DNA of 64,000 nucleotides from an uncultured Gammaproteobacteria bacterium. Lineage in GTDB: Bacteria; Pseudomonadota; Gammaproteobacteria; GCA-001735895. The position numbers and the translations under genes are program-made. The stretch lies in the NCBI GenBank assembly GCA_963793595.1, contig CAWCBX010000101.1, forward strand, positions 243-64,242, written 5' to 3'. The notes under the pieces were generated by a model. That model was not told the DNA's origin. It worked only from the letters and a program-made list of their open reading frames with translations, and did no database searches. Below are positions 48,033 to 58,476 of the stretch, piece by piece. Positions within the stretch are counted from its first letter, which is position 1. Each line of letters begins with the position of its first letter.

Positions 48033-50741
48033 TTAGTGAGCTTCGTTCCAGTTGGAGCCAACCCCGGCATCTACTTCCAGATCGACCGACAATTCAGCCG
48101 CGCCGGTCATCAACTCGGCGATAGCTGCACAGCAAGACTCGACCTCATCCGCAGCAACATCGAATACCAGCTCATCGTGAACCTGCATGATCATTTTACA
48201 ATGGGGCTTTGTATCAACTAGCCAGGCTTGCACTCTGATCATTGCGCGCTTGATTATATCGGCGGCAGTGCCCTGCATTGGTGCATTAATCGCGGTACGC
48301 TCGGCGTATTGACGCACATTGCCATTGCGCGCGTTTATATCGGGCAAATACAGTCTGCGTCCAAAAACCGTTTCCACGTAGCCCTGGTCACGCGCCAGTT
48401 GCTTGGTTTCTTCCATATAGCGCTTAACCCCGGGATAACGCTCGAAATAAGTATCGACATATTGCTGAGCTTCGTTGCGGCCGATACTCAACTGTTTACC
48501 CAGACCAAACGCCGACATGCCATAGATCAGGCCAAAATTGATTGCCTTGGCGGCACGGCGTTGCTCCGCACTGACCTGCTCGAGCCCGGTTCCAAAAACC
48601 TCTGCCGCGGTAGCGCGATGCACATCCAGTCCCTGGGCGAAGGCATTTAGCAGACTTTCATCGGCCGACAGATGCGCCATGATGCGCAACTCGATCTGCG
48701 AGTAATCGAGCGCCAGGATCTTACAGCCATCAGTGGCCACAAAAGCTTCTCGAATGCGACGACCTTCGGCGGTGCGAATCGGAATATTTTGCAGGTTTGG
48801 ACTAGTCGACGACAGGCGGCCGGTGGAGGCTACCGCCTGCTGGTAGGAAGTATGTACACGCCCGGTTTTAGCATTGATCTCCTGCGGCAGCTTGTCGATA
48901 TAAGTCGACATCAGTTTATTTAAACTGCGATGCTCCAGCAGCAGGGCCGGAATTTCATAGTCTACGGCGAGTTCCTCGAGCACATCTTCGGCGGTCGACG
49001 GCTGTCCTTTTGGAGTCTTGCGCAGTATCGGCAATTCGAGTTTTTCATAGAGAATTGCCTGAATCTGCTTGGGTGAACTCAGGTTGAAGACTTCCCCGGC
49101 CTGTTGGTAAATCTCCTCCTGGATCTGTCCCAGTTTTTGATCGATTTCCCTGCCCTGGCTGCGCAACATATCCTGGTCGATCAATACACCATTTTGTTCC
49201 ACATCGAGCAATACATCGACCAGGGGCATTTCAATTTCGCGATAAACCCGATTCAGCTTTTCATCTTCTTGCAGCCCCGCGTTCAAAACTCGGTGCAAGC
49301 GTAGCGTGATATCAGCATCTTCGGCGGCATAATCACTGGCCTGCTCGAGCTCAATCTGGTCGAAGGTTTTCTGTTTGACGCCCTTGCCAGCGATATCAGC
49401 GTAATGGATGGTGTCGTGGTCGAGGTAATATTTTGCCAGGGCATCCATGTTATGTCGGCTGGCGGTCGAGTTGAGTACGTAGGATTCGAGCATGGTGTCA
49501 TGCGCGATACCCTGCATGCGAATGCCTTCGCCGATAAAAATATGTGCATCATACTTGATGTTCTGGCCAATCTTTCCGATCGCAGGATCTTCGAGAACCG
49601 GTTTCAGTGCCGCCAGCACTTCGGCCTTGTCGAGCTGTTGCGGGGCATTTTCATAACGGTGCATAAGCGGGATGTAACAAGCCTCGCCGGGATCAAGACA
49701 CAGTGAAATACCTACCAGTTCGGCCTGCATGTAATCAATGCTGGTGGTTTCGGTATCGACGGCAAACTCTTTCGCCTTGCGCAAGCGCTGCAGCCACTGA
49801 TCGAAGCGGTCCTGCTCGAGCACGGCTTCATAATTGGCATCGACTTTTACTGCACCTGGTTTTGCTTCGTCACTGGCGCTGGCTCCGACTTCATCGTACC
49901 AGCGGGTAAATCCATACTCCTGGTAATATGCCGCAAGCGCGCGCTGATCGGCTTCCTGCTGCTTCAGCTCGTCAATACTAACCCCGGTATCACAATCCAG
50001 CCTGATCGTTGCCAGTTCATAAGACATCGGCAGAAAATTCAGCGACTCGCGCAGATATTCCCCAACCTTACCCTTGATTTCCTCGGCATGTGCCATTACG
50101 CCGTTCAAATCGCCGTACTCGCCGATCCACTTGGCAGCAGTCTTTGGCCCCACTTTTGGGACTCCGGGTATATTGTCCGAACTATCCCCCATAAGTGCGA
50201 GGTAATCGATAATCTGGTCTGCGCGAACCTGGAATTTATCAACCACCGCCGCTTCGTCCATGAAATGATTATTCATAGTATTGATAAGGCGCACGTTTTC
50301 GTTGACCAGCTGCGCCATATCCTTATCTCCGGTCGAGATGAGTACCTGGTAGCCCTGTTCGGTCGCCTGGCAGCTCATGGTGCCGATTACGTCATCGGCT
50401 TCGACTCCCTCGATACAGACTAATGGCAGCCCACGCGCCTTAATAATTTTATGCAGCGGTTCGATTTGCTCACGCAGATCATCCGGCATCGGCGGCCGGG
50501 TAGCCTTGTATTCTGGGTAAATATCGTTGCGAAAGGTCTTCCCCTTGGCATCGAATACCACGGCGACCCGATCAGGTTGCTCGTCCTTGATTAATTTATT
50601 CAGCATGTTGAGGACGAAGTAGATCACCTTGGTCGGTTTCCCCGACGGACTAGTTAGATCCGGCCCGGGAACGTGATAGGCGCGAAAGAGGTAGGAACTG
50701 CCGTCCACCAGAACTAGTTTTTTTTGTTTCTCTTGATTCAT
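48033..50741 (-). CDS. polA: DNA polymerase I
   Basis: 902 aa. 5'-nuclease, 3'-5' exonuclease and Pol A-family domains (e.g. RRAAKAINFGLIYG, QVHDELVF). Confidence 0.97.
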   Translation of the reverse strand: MNQEKQKKLVLVDGSSYLFRAYHVPGPDLTSPSGKPTKVIYFVLNMLNKLIKDEQPDRVAVVFDAKGKTFRNDIYPEYKATRPPMPDDLREQIEPLHKIIKARGLPLVCIEGVEADDVIGTMSCQATEQGYQVLISTGDKDMAQLVNENVRLINTMNNHFMDEAAVVDKFQVRADQIIDYLALMGDSSDNIPGVPKVGPKTAAKWIGEYGDLNGVMAHAEEIKGKVGEYLRESLNFLPMSYELATIRLDCDTGVSIDELKQQEADQRALAAYYQEYGFTRWYDEVGASASDEAKPGAVKVDANYEAVLEQDRFDQWLQRLRKAKEFAVDTETTSIDYMQAELVGISLCLDPGEACYIPLMHRYENAPQQLDKAEVLAALKPVLEDPAIGKIGQNIKYDAHIFIGEGIRMQGIAHDTMLESYVLNSTASRHNMDALAKYYLDHDTIHYADIAGKGVKQKTFDQIELEQASDYAAEDADITLRLHRVLNAGLQEDEKLNRVYREIEMPLVDVLLDVEQNGVLIDQDMLRSQGREIDQKLGQIQEEIYQQAGEVFNLSSPKQIQAILYEKLELPILRKTPKGQPSTAEDVLEELAVDYEIPALLLEHRSLNKLMSTYIDKLPQEINAKTGRVHTSYQQAVASTGRLSSTSPNLQNIPIRTAEGRRIREAFVATDGCKILALDYSQIELRIMAHLSADESLLNAFAQGLDVHRATAAEVFGTGLEQVSAEQRRAAKAINFGLIYGMSAFGLGKQLSIGRNEAQQYVDTYFERYPGVKRYMEETKQLARDQGYVETVFGRRLYLPDINARNGNVRQYAERTAINAPMQGTAADIIKRAMIRVQAWLVDTKPHCKMIMQVHDELVFDVAADEVESCCAAIAELMTGAAELSVDLEVDAGVGSNWNEAH

Positions 50742-50834
50742 ATAGATGCGCTAGAATGCCCGACCCTGAATCAGGATCATATCATAGCCGCAACGGTGAC
50801 TTCGCCCGTTTGCGCCTTTCTATTCGCTAAATTC

Positions 50835-51800
50835 ATGTCTGTTTACACCTCTGTTGAAATTAAGCAGCTCGAGCGTTTTCTGCTGCGCTACGAGCTCGGA
50901 AAACTGCGCGATTTCCAACCAATCGCCGCTGGTATAACCAACACCAATTATTATCTCGACACTGATCAGGGTTGTTTCGTACTCACTCTATACGAACACC
51001 ACGGCGATTCTGAACTCGACTACATGCTAGGCCTGCAACAGCATCTGGCCAATAAATCTGTGCGCTGCGCAGAACCCGTAAAAGATCGCTACGATCAATT
51101 CTACTCGAGCCTGAACCAACGCCCTGCGGCAATCATTCATCGTTTACCGGGTGAAGTAGAAACAGTTCCAGACCCGCGTAACTGCGCATCAATCGGTACA
51201 GAACTGGCCCGCTTCCATCTAGCTGGTCGTGATTACACAGGCAGGCGCAACAATCCGCGTGGAATAGAATGGATACTGGCAGTGCTGGAGACACTCGGCC
51301 CCTGCCTCGAAAGTGATGATTTACGTAGTATTACGGCAACCCTGGATAGTTGCCGAGAGTATGATCTGGAGCGGCTGCCGCGCGGCGCCATACATGCCGA
51401 TCTGTTTCACGACAATGCACTGTTCGCTAACGGCGAGCTAGGCGGTATCCTCGATTTCGATTACGCCTGTAACGATAGTTTGGTATTTGACATTGCGGTG
51501 CTATTAAACGACTGGTGTATCGACAGCGCGGGACAACTGGTTGAGACCAGGGTAAATTCGGTTATCGACGCCTATCAACAGCAGCGTCGGCTTGAAGCTA
51601 TGGAATTAGACGCCTTGCCTTTAATGCTGCGCCTCGGCGCCTTACGCTTCTGGTTATCCCGACTCTATGACAAAAATTTCCCGCTAAGCGGTGAATTGAC
51701 CTTCTTAAAATGCCCCGAAGTATTTCGGCAGATGCACCTGCTACGCAGTGCCCAGACTAAAGAGGTCTATAAGCTATTGCTCCCACATCATATGCGGTGA
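50835..51800 (+). CDS. thrB: homoserine kinase, Pseudomonas (ThrB type II, APH-fold) type
   Basis: The track ORF starts at 50724, overlapping polA. The ATG at 50835 gives MSVYTSVEIKQLERFL...GITNTNYYL and the IHADLFHDN motif. Confidence 0.82.
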   Translation: MSVYTSVEIKQLERFLLRYELGKLRDFQPIAAGITNTNYYLDTDQGCFVLTLYEHHGDSELDYMLGLQQHLANKSVRCAEPVKDRYDQFYSSLNQRPAAIIHRLPGEVETVPDPRNCASIGTELARFHLAGRDYTGRRNNPRGIEWILAVLETLGPCLESDDLRSITATLDSCREYDLERLPRGAIHADLFHDNALFANGELGGILDFDYACNDSLVFDIAVLLNDWCIDSAGQLVETRVNSVIDAYQQQRRLEAMELDALPLMLRLGALRFWLSRLYDKNFPLSGELTFLKCPEVFRQMHLLRSAQTKEVYKLLLPHHMR

Positions 51801-52742
51801 GAAATTAGTCCACGCAAAACTATGGTGATCAGCCAGTCCGCGATGGCGAGTCGGTGTTTTGTTCAGCGGGTAGAGGTCGCCTGGCCGGAGCAGTTGCACC
51901 CCGTTGCGGTTGGTCAACATACGCACTGTCGACGACATAATGTTCTCATCTTGCGGTCCCCGCACAACAACGGCCCGTTCATTGGATTCAAGTTTCAGAA
52001 TCGATCCTATTGGCGCTAAACCGTTAATTTTGAGATACAGACCGCCATAGACCGGATCCAGCTCCTGGTTGGTAAACATACGCGCAAACTCTCGACTGGG
52101 GTTATCGATAGATCGTTGTCCAGCCGACAGGTTTTGTGGCATTGCGATACCAGCATAGATAAACGGGGTGCGCATCAACAAGGCCTGTTTCGAGGGATTG
52201 TCGCTTGCCACATTATGGTTGCGCACCACGTCCTGAATCGATGCCTGATCGAGACCCGCGGCCTTGAGGATATCGGCGCTTTGTTGCGGGTAGTGTTCGC
52301 GCAGCTGACGTTTGTCTTCTACAGAATATTCTTCCTGGCTTTCGTATACCCGCTTTTCGTAGGCCAGTAATCCGAGATTATGACCCAGCGCCGCTACCAC
52401 CATTTGTTCTAACTCGCTGTCATCGATTGCTACGTCCGCCGCGTAATGATTATAGCGCCGGATCAATTCAACCAGGGACACGCCAATATAAAGCGGTTTG
52501 GTAAAGTTGTAATTTGAATGCTCCGATAGAAAAAGTTCACCCAATAGCTGATCGGTCTGCTCCCGGCTCAGGCCGATCAGGCTGCTTGCGATTTGCTGCA
52601 GCCTGGCACCCTTTGCCGCGTCAGCTTCGTTCAGTAGTTCGTCCTGGAGCTGATGAAATTTAATACATAGTTCAGCAAGTCGCTCGTGTATCGACGACTG
52701 ACTTGAGCGGGGTTCGGTGGATTCGGTGGATTTGTTGTTCAC
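51774..52742 (-). CDS. hypothetical protein with degenerate HD-GYP-like domain
   Basis: 322 aa. AALGHNLGL (vs AALLHDIGK), LREHYPQQSADIL (vs the Hp..g..il segment) and VVRNHNVASDN (vs HHER.DGSGYP) suggest an HD-GYP fold that has lost the HD and GYP residues. This comparison is from memory. Confidence 0.55.
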   Translation of the reverse strand: MNNKSTESTEPRSSQSSIHERLAELCIKFHQLQDELLNEADAAKGARLQQIASSLIGLSREQTDQLLGELFLSEHSNYNFTKPLYIGVSLVELIRRYNHYAADVAIDDSELEQMVVAALGHNLGLLAYEKRVYESQEEYSVEDKRQLREHYPQQSADILKAAGLDQASIQDVVRNHNVASDNPSKQALLMRTPFIYAGIAMPQNLSAGQRSIDNPSREFARMFTNQELDPVYGGLYLKINGLAPIGSILKLESNERAVVVRGPQDENIMSSTVRMLTNRNGVQLLRPGDLYPLNKTPTRHRGLADHHSFAWTNFSPHMMWEQ

Positions 52743-52790
52743 GTTAATGGCTTATCCTTCACGGCCCGTTCCTGGGCGCAGAACTGGCTA

Positions 52791-54125
52791 TTATTTACCA
52801 ATGCAGAAAGTAGAGAAAATCTTACCCAACAAATCTTCGTTGGTAAATTCGCCGGTAATTTCGTTCAGGTGTTGCTGGGCGTCACGCAAGTCTTCCGCCA
52901 TGAGCTCTCCCGACCGTGTTGTATTAAATATGTGCATCGCCTGCTGCACCGATTCCTGCGCTCGCAGGAGTGCATCAACATGACGTCGCCTCGCCATAAA
53001 TGCCTGATTATCCTGATTATAGTCAGAAACCTGGCCGGTTATGCGTTGAATCAGCAGTTCCATTCCATCACCAGTTAATGTGGAAATAGTAAGGCTTTCA
53101 GGATCGCGTTGCTGATTTGCCGCTAGCAAATCACTTTTGCTGAATACTAGTTGCAAATTGGCTCCCGCTAATTGATCGATAATTTCTCGGTCCGCAGGAG
53201 TTAATCCTTTACTCGAATCAACCAGGTATATGGTGATGTCCGATTGCGCGATGGTTTCCCAGGCACGCCTGATTCCCTCTCTTTCAACGGGGTTCTGCGA
53301 CTCTCGCAAGCCAGCCGTGTCATGGACCTTAAGAGGTATACCCTTGAGCGATATGTGTTCACGCAGCACATCGCGGGTAGTACCTGCGATCTCGGTAACT
53401 ATCGCGGCTTCGTACCCAGCGAGGTAATTTAGCAGGCTCGATTTACCCGCATTGGGCAAACCCGCAAGCGATACGCTCAAGCCTTCCTGCAGGGTTCTGC
53501 CCTGTTCCGCCTGTGCTAGTAATGTTTGCAAGTGCTGGTTGCAGTCATTCAGACGTTGGCTGATATCCGGGTTATCGAGAAAGTCGATTTCTTCTTCGGC
53601 GAAGTCGAGCGCAGCCTCGATAAATGCGCGTAGATTGATAATTTCGTCCACCAGGCTATGCACCTGCTGCGAGAAGCGGCCTTCCAATGACCGTATAGCT
53701 GCTCGCGAAGCAGCACGGCTGCCCGACTCTATCAAATCTGCTATTGCCTCTGCCTGGGTCAGATCCAGCTTGCCATTGAGGAATGCGCGTTCGGAAAATT
53801 CACCGGGACGTGCCAGCCGGGCACCGAGCTCGCACAGTCGTTCGAGCAACATATCGAGTACTATCGGTCCGCCATGAGCCTGGATTTCGACACAGTCTTC
53901 ACCACTGAAACTACGCGGTGCCTTGAAGTACAGGCATATACCATGATCAAGTAGCTGGCCGGCAGAATCGAAAAATCGCCGAAACTGGATTAGGTCCGGT
54001 TTAATTTTGCTGTGACAAAGTATCTCGGCGATAGCCAGCGCATTGGCTCCGGAGAGGCGCACGATGCCGATACCACCGGTACCCGGGGGCGTTGCTATTG
54101 CGGCGATGGTCTCATGCGATGGCAT
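52791..54125 (-). CDS. mnmE: tRNA modification GTPase MnmE
   Basis: 444 aa. N-terminal TIAAIATPPGTGGIGIVRLSG, G domain GLPNAGKSSLLN / DTAG / SKSD, and C-terminal CIGK. Confidence 0.95.
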   Translation of the reverse strand: MPSHETIAAIATPPGTGGIGIVRLSGANALAIAEILCHSKIKPDLIQFRRFFDSAGQLLDHGICLYFKAPRSFSGEDCVEIQAHGGPIVLDMLLERLCELGARLARPGEFSERAFLNGKLDLTQAEAIADLIESGSRAASRAAIRSLEGRFSQQVHSLVDEIINLRAFIEAALDFAEEEIDFLDNPDISQRLNDCNQHLQTLLAQAEQGRTLQEGLSVSLAGLPNAGKSSLLNYLAGYEAAIVTEIAGTTRDVLREHISLKGIPLKVHDTAGLRESQNPVEREGIRRAWETIAQSDITIYLVDSSKGLTPADREIIDQLAGANLQLVFSKSDLLAANQQRDPESLTISTLTGDGMELLIQRITGQVSDYNQDNQAFMARRRHVDALLRAQESVQQAMHIFNTTRSGELMAEDLRDAQQHLNEITGEFTNEDLLGKIFSTFCIGK

Positions 54126-54161
54126 GGTGATAATGGCGCATTGACTGAGCCGGGACCGGGC

Positions 54162-55862
54162 TTACTTAGCCCCTGCCGTTCCTGCCCCGGCTTCGATACG
54201 CCTGGTAATGATCCACTGCTGGGTAATCGACAAGACGTTGTTGACAACCCAGTACAATACCAGCCCAGATGGAAAGAAGGCGAAGAAAATGGTAAACACG
54301 AATGGCAATGCCATCATGATCTTGGCCTGAATCGGGTCCGGCGGTGGGGGGTTCAGTCGTTGCTGGATGACCATGCTGATACCCATCAACACCGGCAACA
54401 CAAAATAGGGGTCCATCACCGACAGGTCCTTGATCCAGAAGATGAAGGGCGCCTGGCGCAGATCGACACTTTCGAGCAGGGCCCAGTAGAGTGCGATAAA
54501 AACCGGAATTTGCACCAATATAGGCAAACAGCCGCCCATCGGATTTATCTTTTCGGTTTTATATAGCTCCATCATCGCCTGGTTCATCTTCTGTCGATCA
54601 TCCCCGTAACGTTCTTTCAGGGTTTTCAGACGCGGGCTGACCTTGCGCATTTTTGCCATCGAACGATAACTGGTTTCCGAGAGCTTGTAGAACAAGGCCT
54701 TAACGGTAAGGGTTAACAGAATGATCGCAAGGCCCCAGTTACCTACGAAACTGTGATACCAGGATAGTAACCAGTACAGGGGCTTGGAGAGGAAGGTCAA
54801 AACACCGTAGTCGACGGTAAGCTCCAGTCCCGGGGTAATTTCTTCCAGTCGCTTAACTATCTTGGGACCAACGAACAACTGGCTGGTAAATTCTGTGCTG
54901 CCACCGGTCGGTACAATCCGGTTTGCGGAACGCAGGCCAATAGTATAGGTCGAAGGGTTGCGCTTGGTGTTGGCAATGGTGTAAACCAGATTTGTTTCTT
55001 CCTGTCCTGGCACCCATGCCGACAGGAAATAGTGGTGGATCATCGCGATCCAGCCGCCTTTGGATTCCAGTTTAAGCTGACCCTCTTCCATATCGTCGAA
55101 ATCAACTTTTTCGTACTTGGTCTCTTCGTTGTAATAGACCGAGCCCGTATAGGTATAGAGCAGGCGTGATGTCTCCAGTGGACGTGAGCGCTGAATCTGG
55201 CGGTATTCGCTGCCTTGCCAGTCCTGCGCTGACTGGTTATCGATACGGTGTTTGAGGTCAATCAGATAGTCGCCACGCCTGAAGTGATAAGTCTTTACCA
55301 CTTCGACACCATCCTGGTTCCAGTAAATTGGCACGACCAGCTCGTCGTCCCCATCGGCAAGTTGGTAGGTCGTCTGCTCGCTGCGATAAATACTGTGATG
55401 CGTGGGGGCCTTTTCTGCCTTATTGCGTAACCCGCTCTGCACGATATACACCGAATCGCTGTCACTATGGATTAGCTCAAGCCAGTCGTCAGGTTGCTCC
55501 AGCGAAGTTGGATATTTTTTAAGTTTGAGCGAGCGTATAACGCCACCACGAGTATCGATCATTACCCGGATAACATCGGTGTCAACCTGCACCATTTTTG
55601 GTGCCTGTGGCTGGACCGCGGATTGCTCACTACCAGAGTCTCCCGCCTGGCTGGTGCTCTGCCCGCTATCAACCCCCAGTTCATCCGCCTGATCGGGCAG
55701 GTCATCGATCGGTATTTGCGAGGTAGCAACACCGCCATCGGAGCTTATTTGCGCTTCACTGCTGATAACCGGTTGTGGACCATAGTCAGCTTGCCACTGC
55801 TGCCACAGCAACATGCCAACGAATATCAGGGCGGCGAACAGAAAAAGTCTTGAATTATCCAT
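54162..55862 (-). CDS. yidC: membrane protein insertase YidC
   Basis: The track ORF starts at 55934. The ATG at 55862 ([23 protein letters not shown]) is the conserved YidC start and overlaps the yidD stop by 8 nt. The C-terminal 60-kDa insertase core is present. Confidence 0.95.
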   Translation of the reverse strand: MDNSRLFLFAALIFVGMLLWQQWQADYGPQPVISSEAQISSDGGVATSQIPIDDLPDQADELGVDSGQSTSQAGDSGSEQSAVQPQAPKMVQVDTDVIRVMIDTRGGVIRSLKLKKYPTSLEQPDDWLELIHSDSDSVYIVQSGLRNKAEKAPTHHSIYRSEQTTYQLADGDDELVVPIYWNQDGVEVVKTYHFRRGDYLIDLKHRIDNQSAQDWQGSEYRQIQRSRPLETSRLLYTYTGSVYYNEETKYEKVDFDDMEEGQLKLESKGGWIAMIHHYFLSAWVPGQEETNLVYTIANTKRNPSTYTIGLRSANRIVPTGGSTEFTSQLFVGPKIVKRLEEITPGLELTVDYGVLTFLSKPLYWLLSWYHSFVGNWGLAIILLTLTVKALFYKLSETSYRSMAKMRKVSPRLKTLKERYGDDRQKMNQAMMELYKTEKINPMGGCLPILVQIPVFIALYWALLESVDLRQAPFIFWIKDLSVMDPYFVLPVLMGISMVIQQRLNPPPPDPIQAKIMMALPFVFTIFFAFFPSGLVLYWVVNNVLSITQQWIITRRIEAGAGTAGAK

Positions 55863-56091
55863 GGTTATGCTCGGTGCTGGAGCCAGGCACTGGGTCGTAA
55901 CCGCCGGCATGCCAGGGATGGCAACTGCTGACACGTTTCAACGCCAGCCATAATCCTTTCATACAGCCATGAGTCTCTATCGCCTCGAGGGCGTATTGCG
56001 AACAGGTGGGGGTATACCGACAATTATTGCCCAGTAATGAGCTCAGCAAGTAGCGATATGCTTGAATCAGTATTATCAGGAGTTTGCGCAT
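55855..56091 (-). CDS. yidD: membrane protein insertion efficiency factor YidD
   Basis: 78 aa. The [19 protein letters not shown] and [13 protein letters not shown] motifs are present. Confidence 0.9.
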   Translation of the reverse strand: MRKLLIILIQAYRYLLSSLLGNNCRYTPTCSQYALEAIETHGCMKGLWLALKRVSSCHPWHAGGYDPVPGSSTEHNHG

Positions 56092-56444
56092 TGTTTGATG
56101 ATGCTATTCCAATGTTGATCCAGCATGGCTCGCAACTTTGCCGGCCTGGTTAGTAGTATTTCGCGTCTTACCATAATCACAAAGTCTCGCGCCGGTAATC
56201 GATGCTGATTCTTACGGAAGCTTTCCCGAAACAACCGTTTCAGCGCATTTCGCTTTACCGCGGTGGGAATTTGCTTTCGTGCTACTGCAAATCCGAGACG
56301 AGGGCATTCGCCACTATTTTTTCCTACCAGGATAGTAATGCACGCGTCGCTACGGCGAATATTGTTCTTAAAAACCTGCTGAAAATCGATCGATCGCGTT
56401 AATCTCAGCCGTCTTGGGAAAGACTCGCTGATACAGGCATCCAC
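56076..56444 (-). CDS. rnpA: ribonuclease P protein component
   Basis: 122 aa, basic. [17 protein letters not shown] plus an RNR-like basic motif. The GTG start lies 1 nt after the rpmH stop. Confidence 0.88.
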   Translation of the reverse strand: MDACISESFPRRLRLTRSIDFQQVFKNNIRRSDACITILVGKNSGECPRLGFAVARKQIPTAVKRNALKRLFRESFRKNQHRLPARDFVIMVRREILLTRPAKLRAMLDQHWNSIIKQCANS

Positions 56445-56445
56445 C

Positions 56446-56580
56446 TTATGGCGTGAGACGCGCTCTACCCTTGGCTCGGCGGGCTCGAATTACACTACGA
56501 CCACCGCGAGTTTGCATACGCGCACGGAACCCGTGCGTTCTCGCACGTTTTAAATTACTCGGTTGGAATGTACGTTTCAT
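56446..56580 (-). CDS. rpmH: 50S ribosomal protein L34
   Basis: Below the ORF-track size cutoff. The minus strand reads [44 protein letters not shown] (44 aa), a near-universal L34 sequence. Confidence 0.95.
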   Translation of the reverse strand: MKRTFQPSNLKRARTHGFRARMQTRGGRSVIRARRAKGRARLTP

Positions 56581-56626
56581 GTCAAACGCCTCGGCTCGCT
56601 ATTTGTCGATTTCAACAAGGCGCGAC

Positions 56627-56655
56627 AATGTACTTGTAGAGTTGCCCTACGTCAA
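56627..56655 (-). promoter_or_regulatory. sigma-70-type promoter candidate for rpmH (TTGACG-N17-TACATT)
   Basis: The minus strand has TTGACG at 56655..56650 and TACATT at 56632..56627, with 17-nt spacing, about 47 nt upstream of the rpmH ATG. Confidence 0.35.
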
Positions 56656-56768
56656 TATTTAATTGTGGCAGTTAGTGATATTTTAATTATTTGGCACGGC
56701 AGGCGCCATTACAGCGCAAATTAGAGAGCAAACATCGTTATTTTTGACCATCTCCTCTTTGCTCGGGC

Positions 56769-56777
56769 TGTGGATAA
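56769..56777 (-). promoter_or_regulatory. perfect DnaA box (TTATCCACA on the minus strand) upstream of dnaA
   Basis: TGTGGATAA at 56769-56777, with TATAGT immediately downstream (56779-56784). Consistent with dnaA autoregulation. It is the only consensus box in the rpmH-dnaA spacer. Confidence 0.6.
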
Positions 56778-56953
56778 GTATAGTATTGAGCCCTCTCGGT
56801 CGGGGTTCGATAATTACCAGAAATAGCGGGTGATACGGCCGAAAATCTAGCCAGGCAGCAATGTTTCCCGGTAAGCAAGCGTCACGCCGGTTCCGGGACG
56901 GCTATTTACTCTGCGCAATATTGTGCGCGGTTGGGCAAACAAGCGGAAAAACT

Positions 56954-58270
56954 TTGAATTCGATCTGGCAACAGTGTATTTCCAGCCTGGAAGGCGAAAT
57001 CAGTGAGCAGCAGCTCAACACCTGGATTCTGCCTTTACAGGCCGAACAAGAGCTAAACACACTGAAACTGCTGGCGCCTAACCGGTTCGTCATGGATTGG
57101 GTACGCAAGAACTTCCTCGATCGAATTCGCGAGTTAATATCCAGCCTTGACGACAGTAAATCGATTTCGGTCAGCCTGTCGATAGGCTCTCACGCCGCGA
57201 CAGTGCCGTCAGACACGGGTGCCGCCAGTCCACCCGCGCGCGCGTATCGGTCTTGTGGACTCAGCGATTCACAAAATTTCAGGAATTTTGTTGAAGGCAA
57301 ATCGAATCAGCTAGCACGTGCGGCGTCGATTCAAATCAGTAGTAACCCTGGTTCCGAATATAATCCCTTGTATATCTATGGCGGCGTAGGCCTCGGCAAA
57401 ACCCACCTGATGCATGCGATTGGCAATCAAATCCGCGAAAACAACCCTGAGGCGAACATCCTCTATGTCAATTGTGAGCGTTTTGTTTCAGATATGGTAA
57501 AAGCCTTGCAGCATAGTCGTATGAACGACTTCAAGAATTCTTATCGAAGCCTTGATGCACTATTAATCGACGATATCCAGTTTCTGGCGGATAAAAACCG
57601 CTCTCAGGAAGAGTTTTTCCATACCTTTAATTCGTTGTATGAAGCGCGTGCGCAAATGGTAATTACCTGCGATCGTTTCCCCAAGGAAATCGAAGGGCTC
57701 GAAGATCGTATACGCTCCCGCCTGGGATGGGGTCTGGCAGTTGATATCAAACCAGCTGATCTGGAAACCCGGGTTGCGATACTCAAAAGCAAAGCGGAGC
57801 AGGCTGATGCAGACGTCCCCGATGACGTGGCTTTTTTTATTGCCGAGCGCTTCAAGTCGAATATTCGAGAATTGGAGGGCGCATTGAAGCGGGTAGTTGC
57901 ACATGCGCGATTTACTGGACAGGCGATCACCCAGGAGTTCGCTCGCCAGGCGCTGAAAGAGTTACTCGCGGTACAGGATAAACCGATAACCATTGATAAT
58001 ATCCAGAAACTGGTAGCCGAGTATTTCAAGATCAGGGTGGCTGATTTATTGTCCAGTCGGCGTACCCGGTCTATTACTCGACCTCGCCAGATTGCAATGG
58101 CACTATCGAAATTATTAACGCGCCACAGTTTACCGGAGATTGGTAGTGCTTTCGGGGGACGTGATCATACCACCGTACTGCATGCTTGCAGAAAAATTGA
58201 AGAATTAAGAAGTGAAGATCGACGTATCGATGAAGATGTCGAGATTCTGGAGCGGATGTTGAGTAATTAG
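56954..58270 (+). CDS. dnaA: chromosomal replication initiator protein DnaA
   Basis: The track ORF starts at 56861, but the first 31 residues are unlike DnaA. The conserved N-terminus (L)[28 protein letters not shown] begins at the in-frame TTG at 56954. AAA+ motifs [10 protein letters not shown] and the domain IV HTH are present. Confidence 0.93.
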   Translation: MNSIWQQCISSLEGEISEQQLNTWILPLQAEQELNTLKLLAPNRFVMDWVRKNFLDRIRELISSLDDSKSISVSLSIGSHAATVPSDTGAASPPARAYRSCGLSDSQNFRNFVEGKSNQLARAASIQISSNPGSEYNPLYIYGGVGLGKTHLMHAIGNQIRENNPEANILYVNCERFVSDMVKALQHSRMNDFKNSYRSLDALLIDDIQFLADKNRSQEEFFHTFNSLYEARAQMVITCDRFPKEIEGLEDRIRSRLGWGLAVDIKPADLETRVAILKSKAEQADADVPDDVAFFIAERFKSNIRELEGALKRVVAHARFTGQAITQEFARQALKELLAVQDKPITIDNIQKLVAEYFKIRVADLLSSRRTRSITRPRQIAMALSKLLTRHSLPEIGSAFGGRDHTTVLHACRKIEELRSEDRRIDEDVEILERMLSN

Positions 58271-58272
58271 GC

Positions 58273-58476
58273 TGTGGGAAATATTGTGCGTAGTTTGTGG
58301 ATAAAATGCGAATAAAATAGAGGTCTATATTTATCCCGTAGTTATGCACAGTTTAGCAAGCGGCTGCGGACAGGTAAAAATGGACGACTTACACTATAAA
58401 CTGTTGATATTAAACAATATTTCTTACTTATTCAGTAAATGTGTAGTTACTAATAATTACAATAGATTATATATAT
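58273..58476. promoter_or_regulatory. DnaA-box cluster plus AT-rich tract in the unusually long dnaA-dnaN spacer
   Basis: Consensus boxes are TGTGGATAA (58296-58304, minus orientation) and TTATGCACA (58342-58350, plus orientation). Two-mismatch boxes lie at 58273-58281 and 58286-58294. About 95 bp of very AT-rich sequence (58385-58476) follows, ending in TATATATATATG. Confidence 0.5.

Noticed and set aside
50724-50834. Upstream extension of thrB overlapping polA, and the similar extensions of yidC (55863..55934), hutF (6433..6483) and ygiQ (23334..23390).
   Set aside because: In each case an internal ATG reproduces the conserved N-terminus of the family, and the extension overlaps a neighbouring gene or the HutC operator.
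56861-56953. Upstream extension of dnaA (track start 56861, [31 protein letters not shown]).
   Set aside because: It is unlike any DnaA N-terminus. The conserved domain I begins at LNSIWQQC, consistent with the TTG start at 56954; E. coli dnaA also uses a non-ATG start. The residual uncertainty is noted in the feature.
56581-56953. Pseudomonas-type oriC in the rpmH-dnaA spacer.
   Set aside because: I could find only one consensus DnaA box (56769-56777) and one short AT-rich patch (about 56651-56695). That is too little to call an origin. The box more likely serves dnaA autoregulation.
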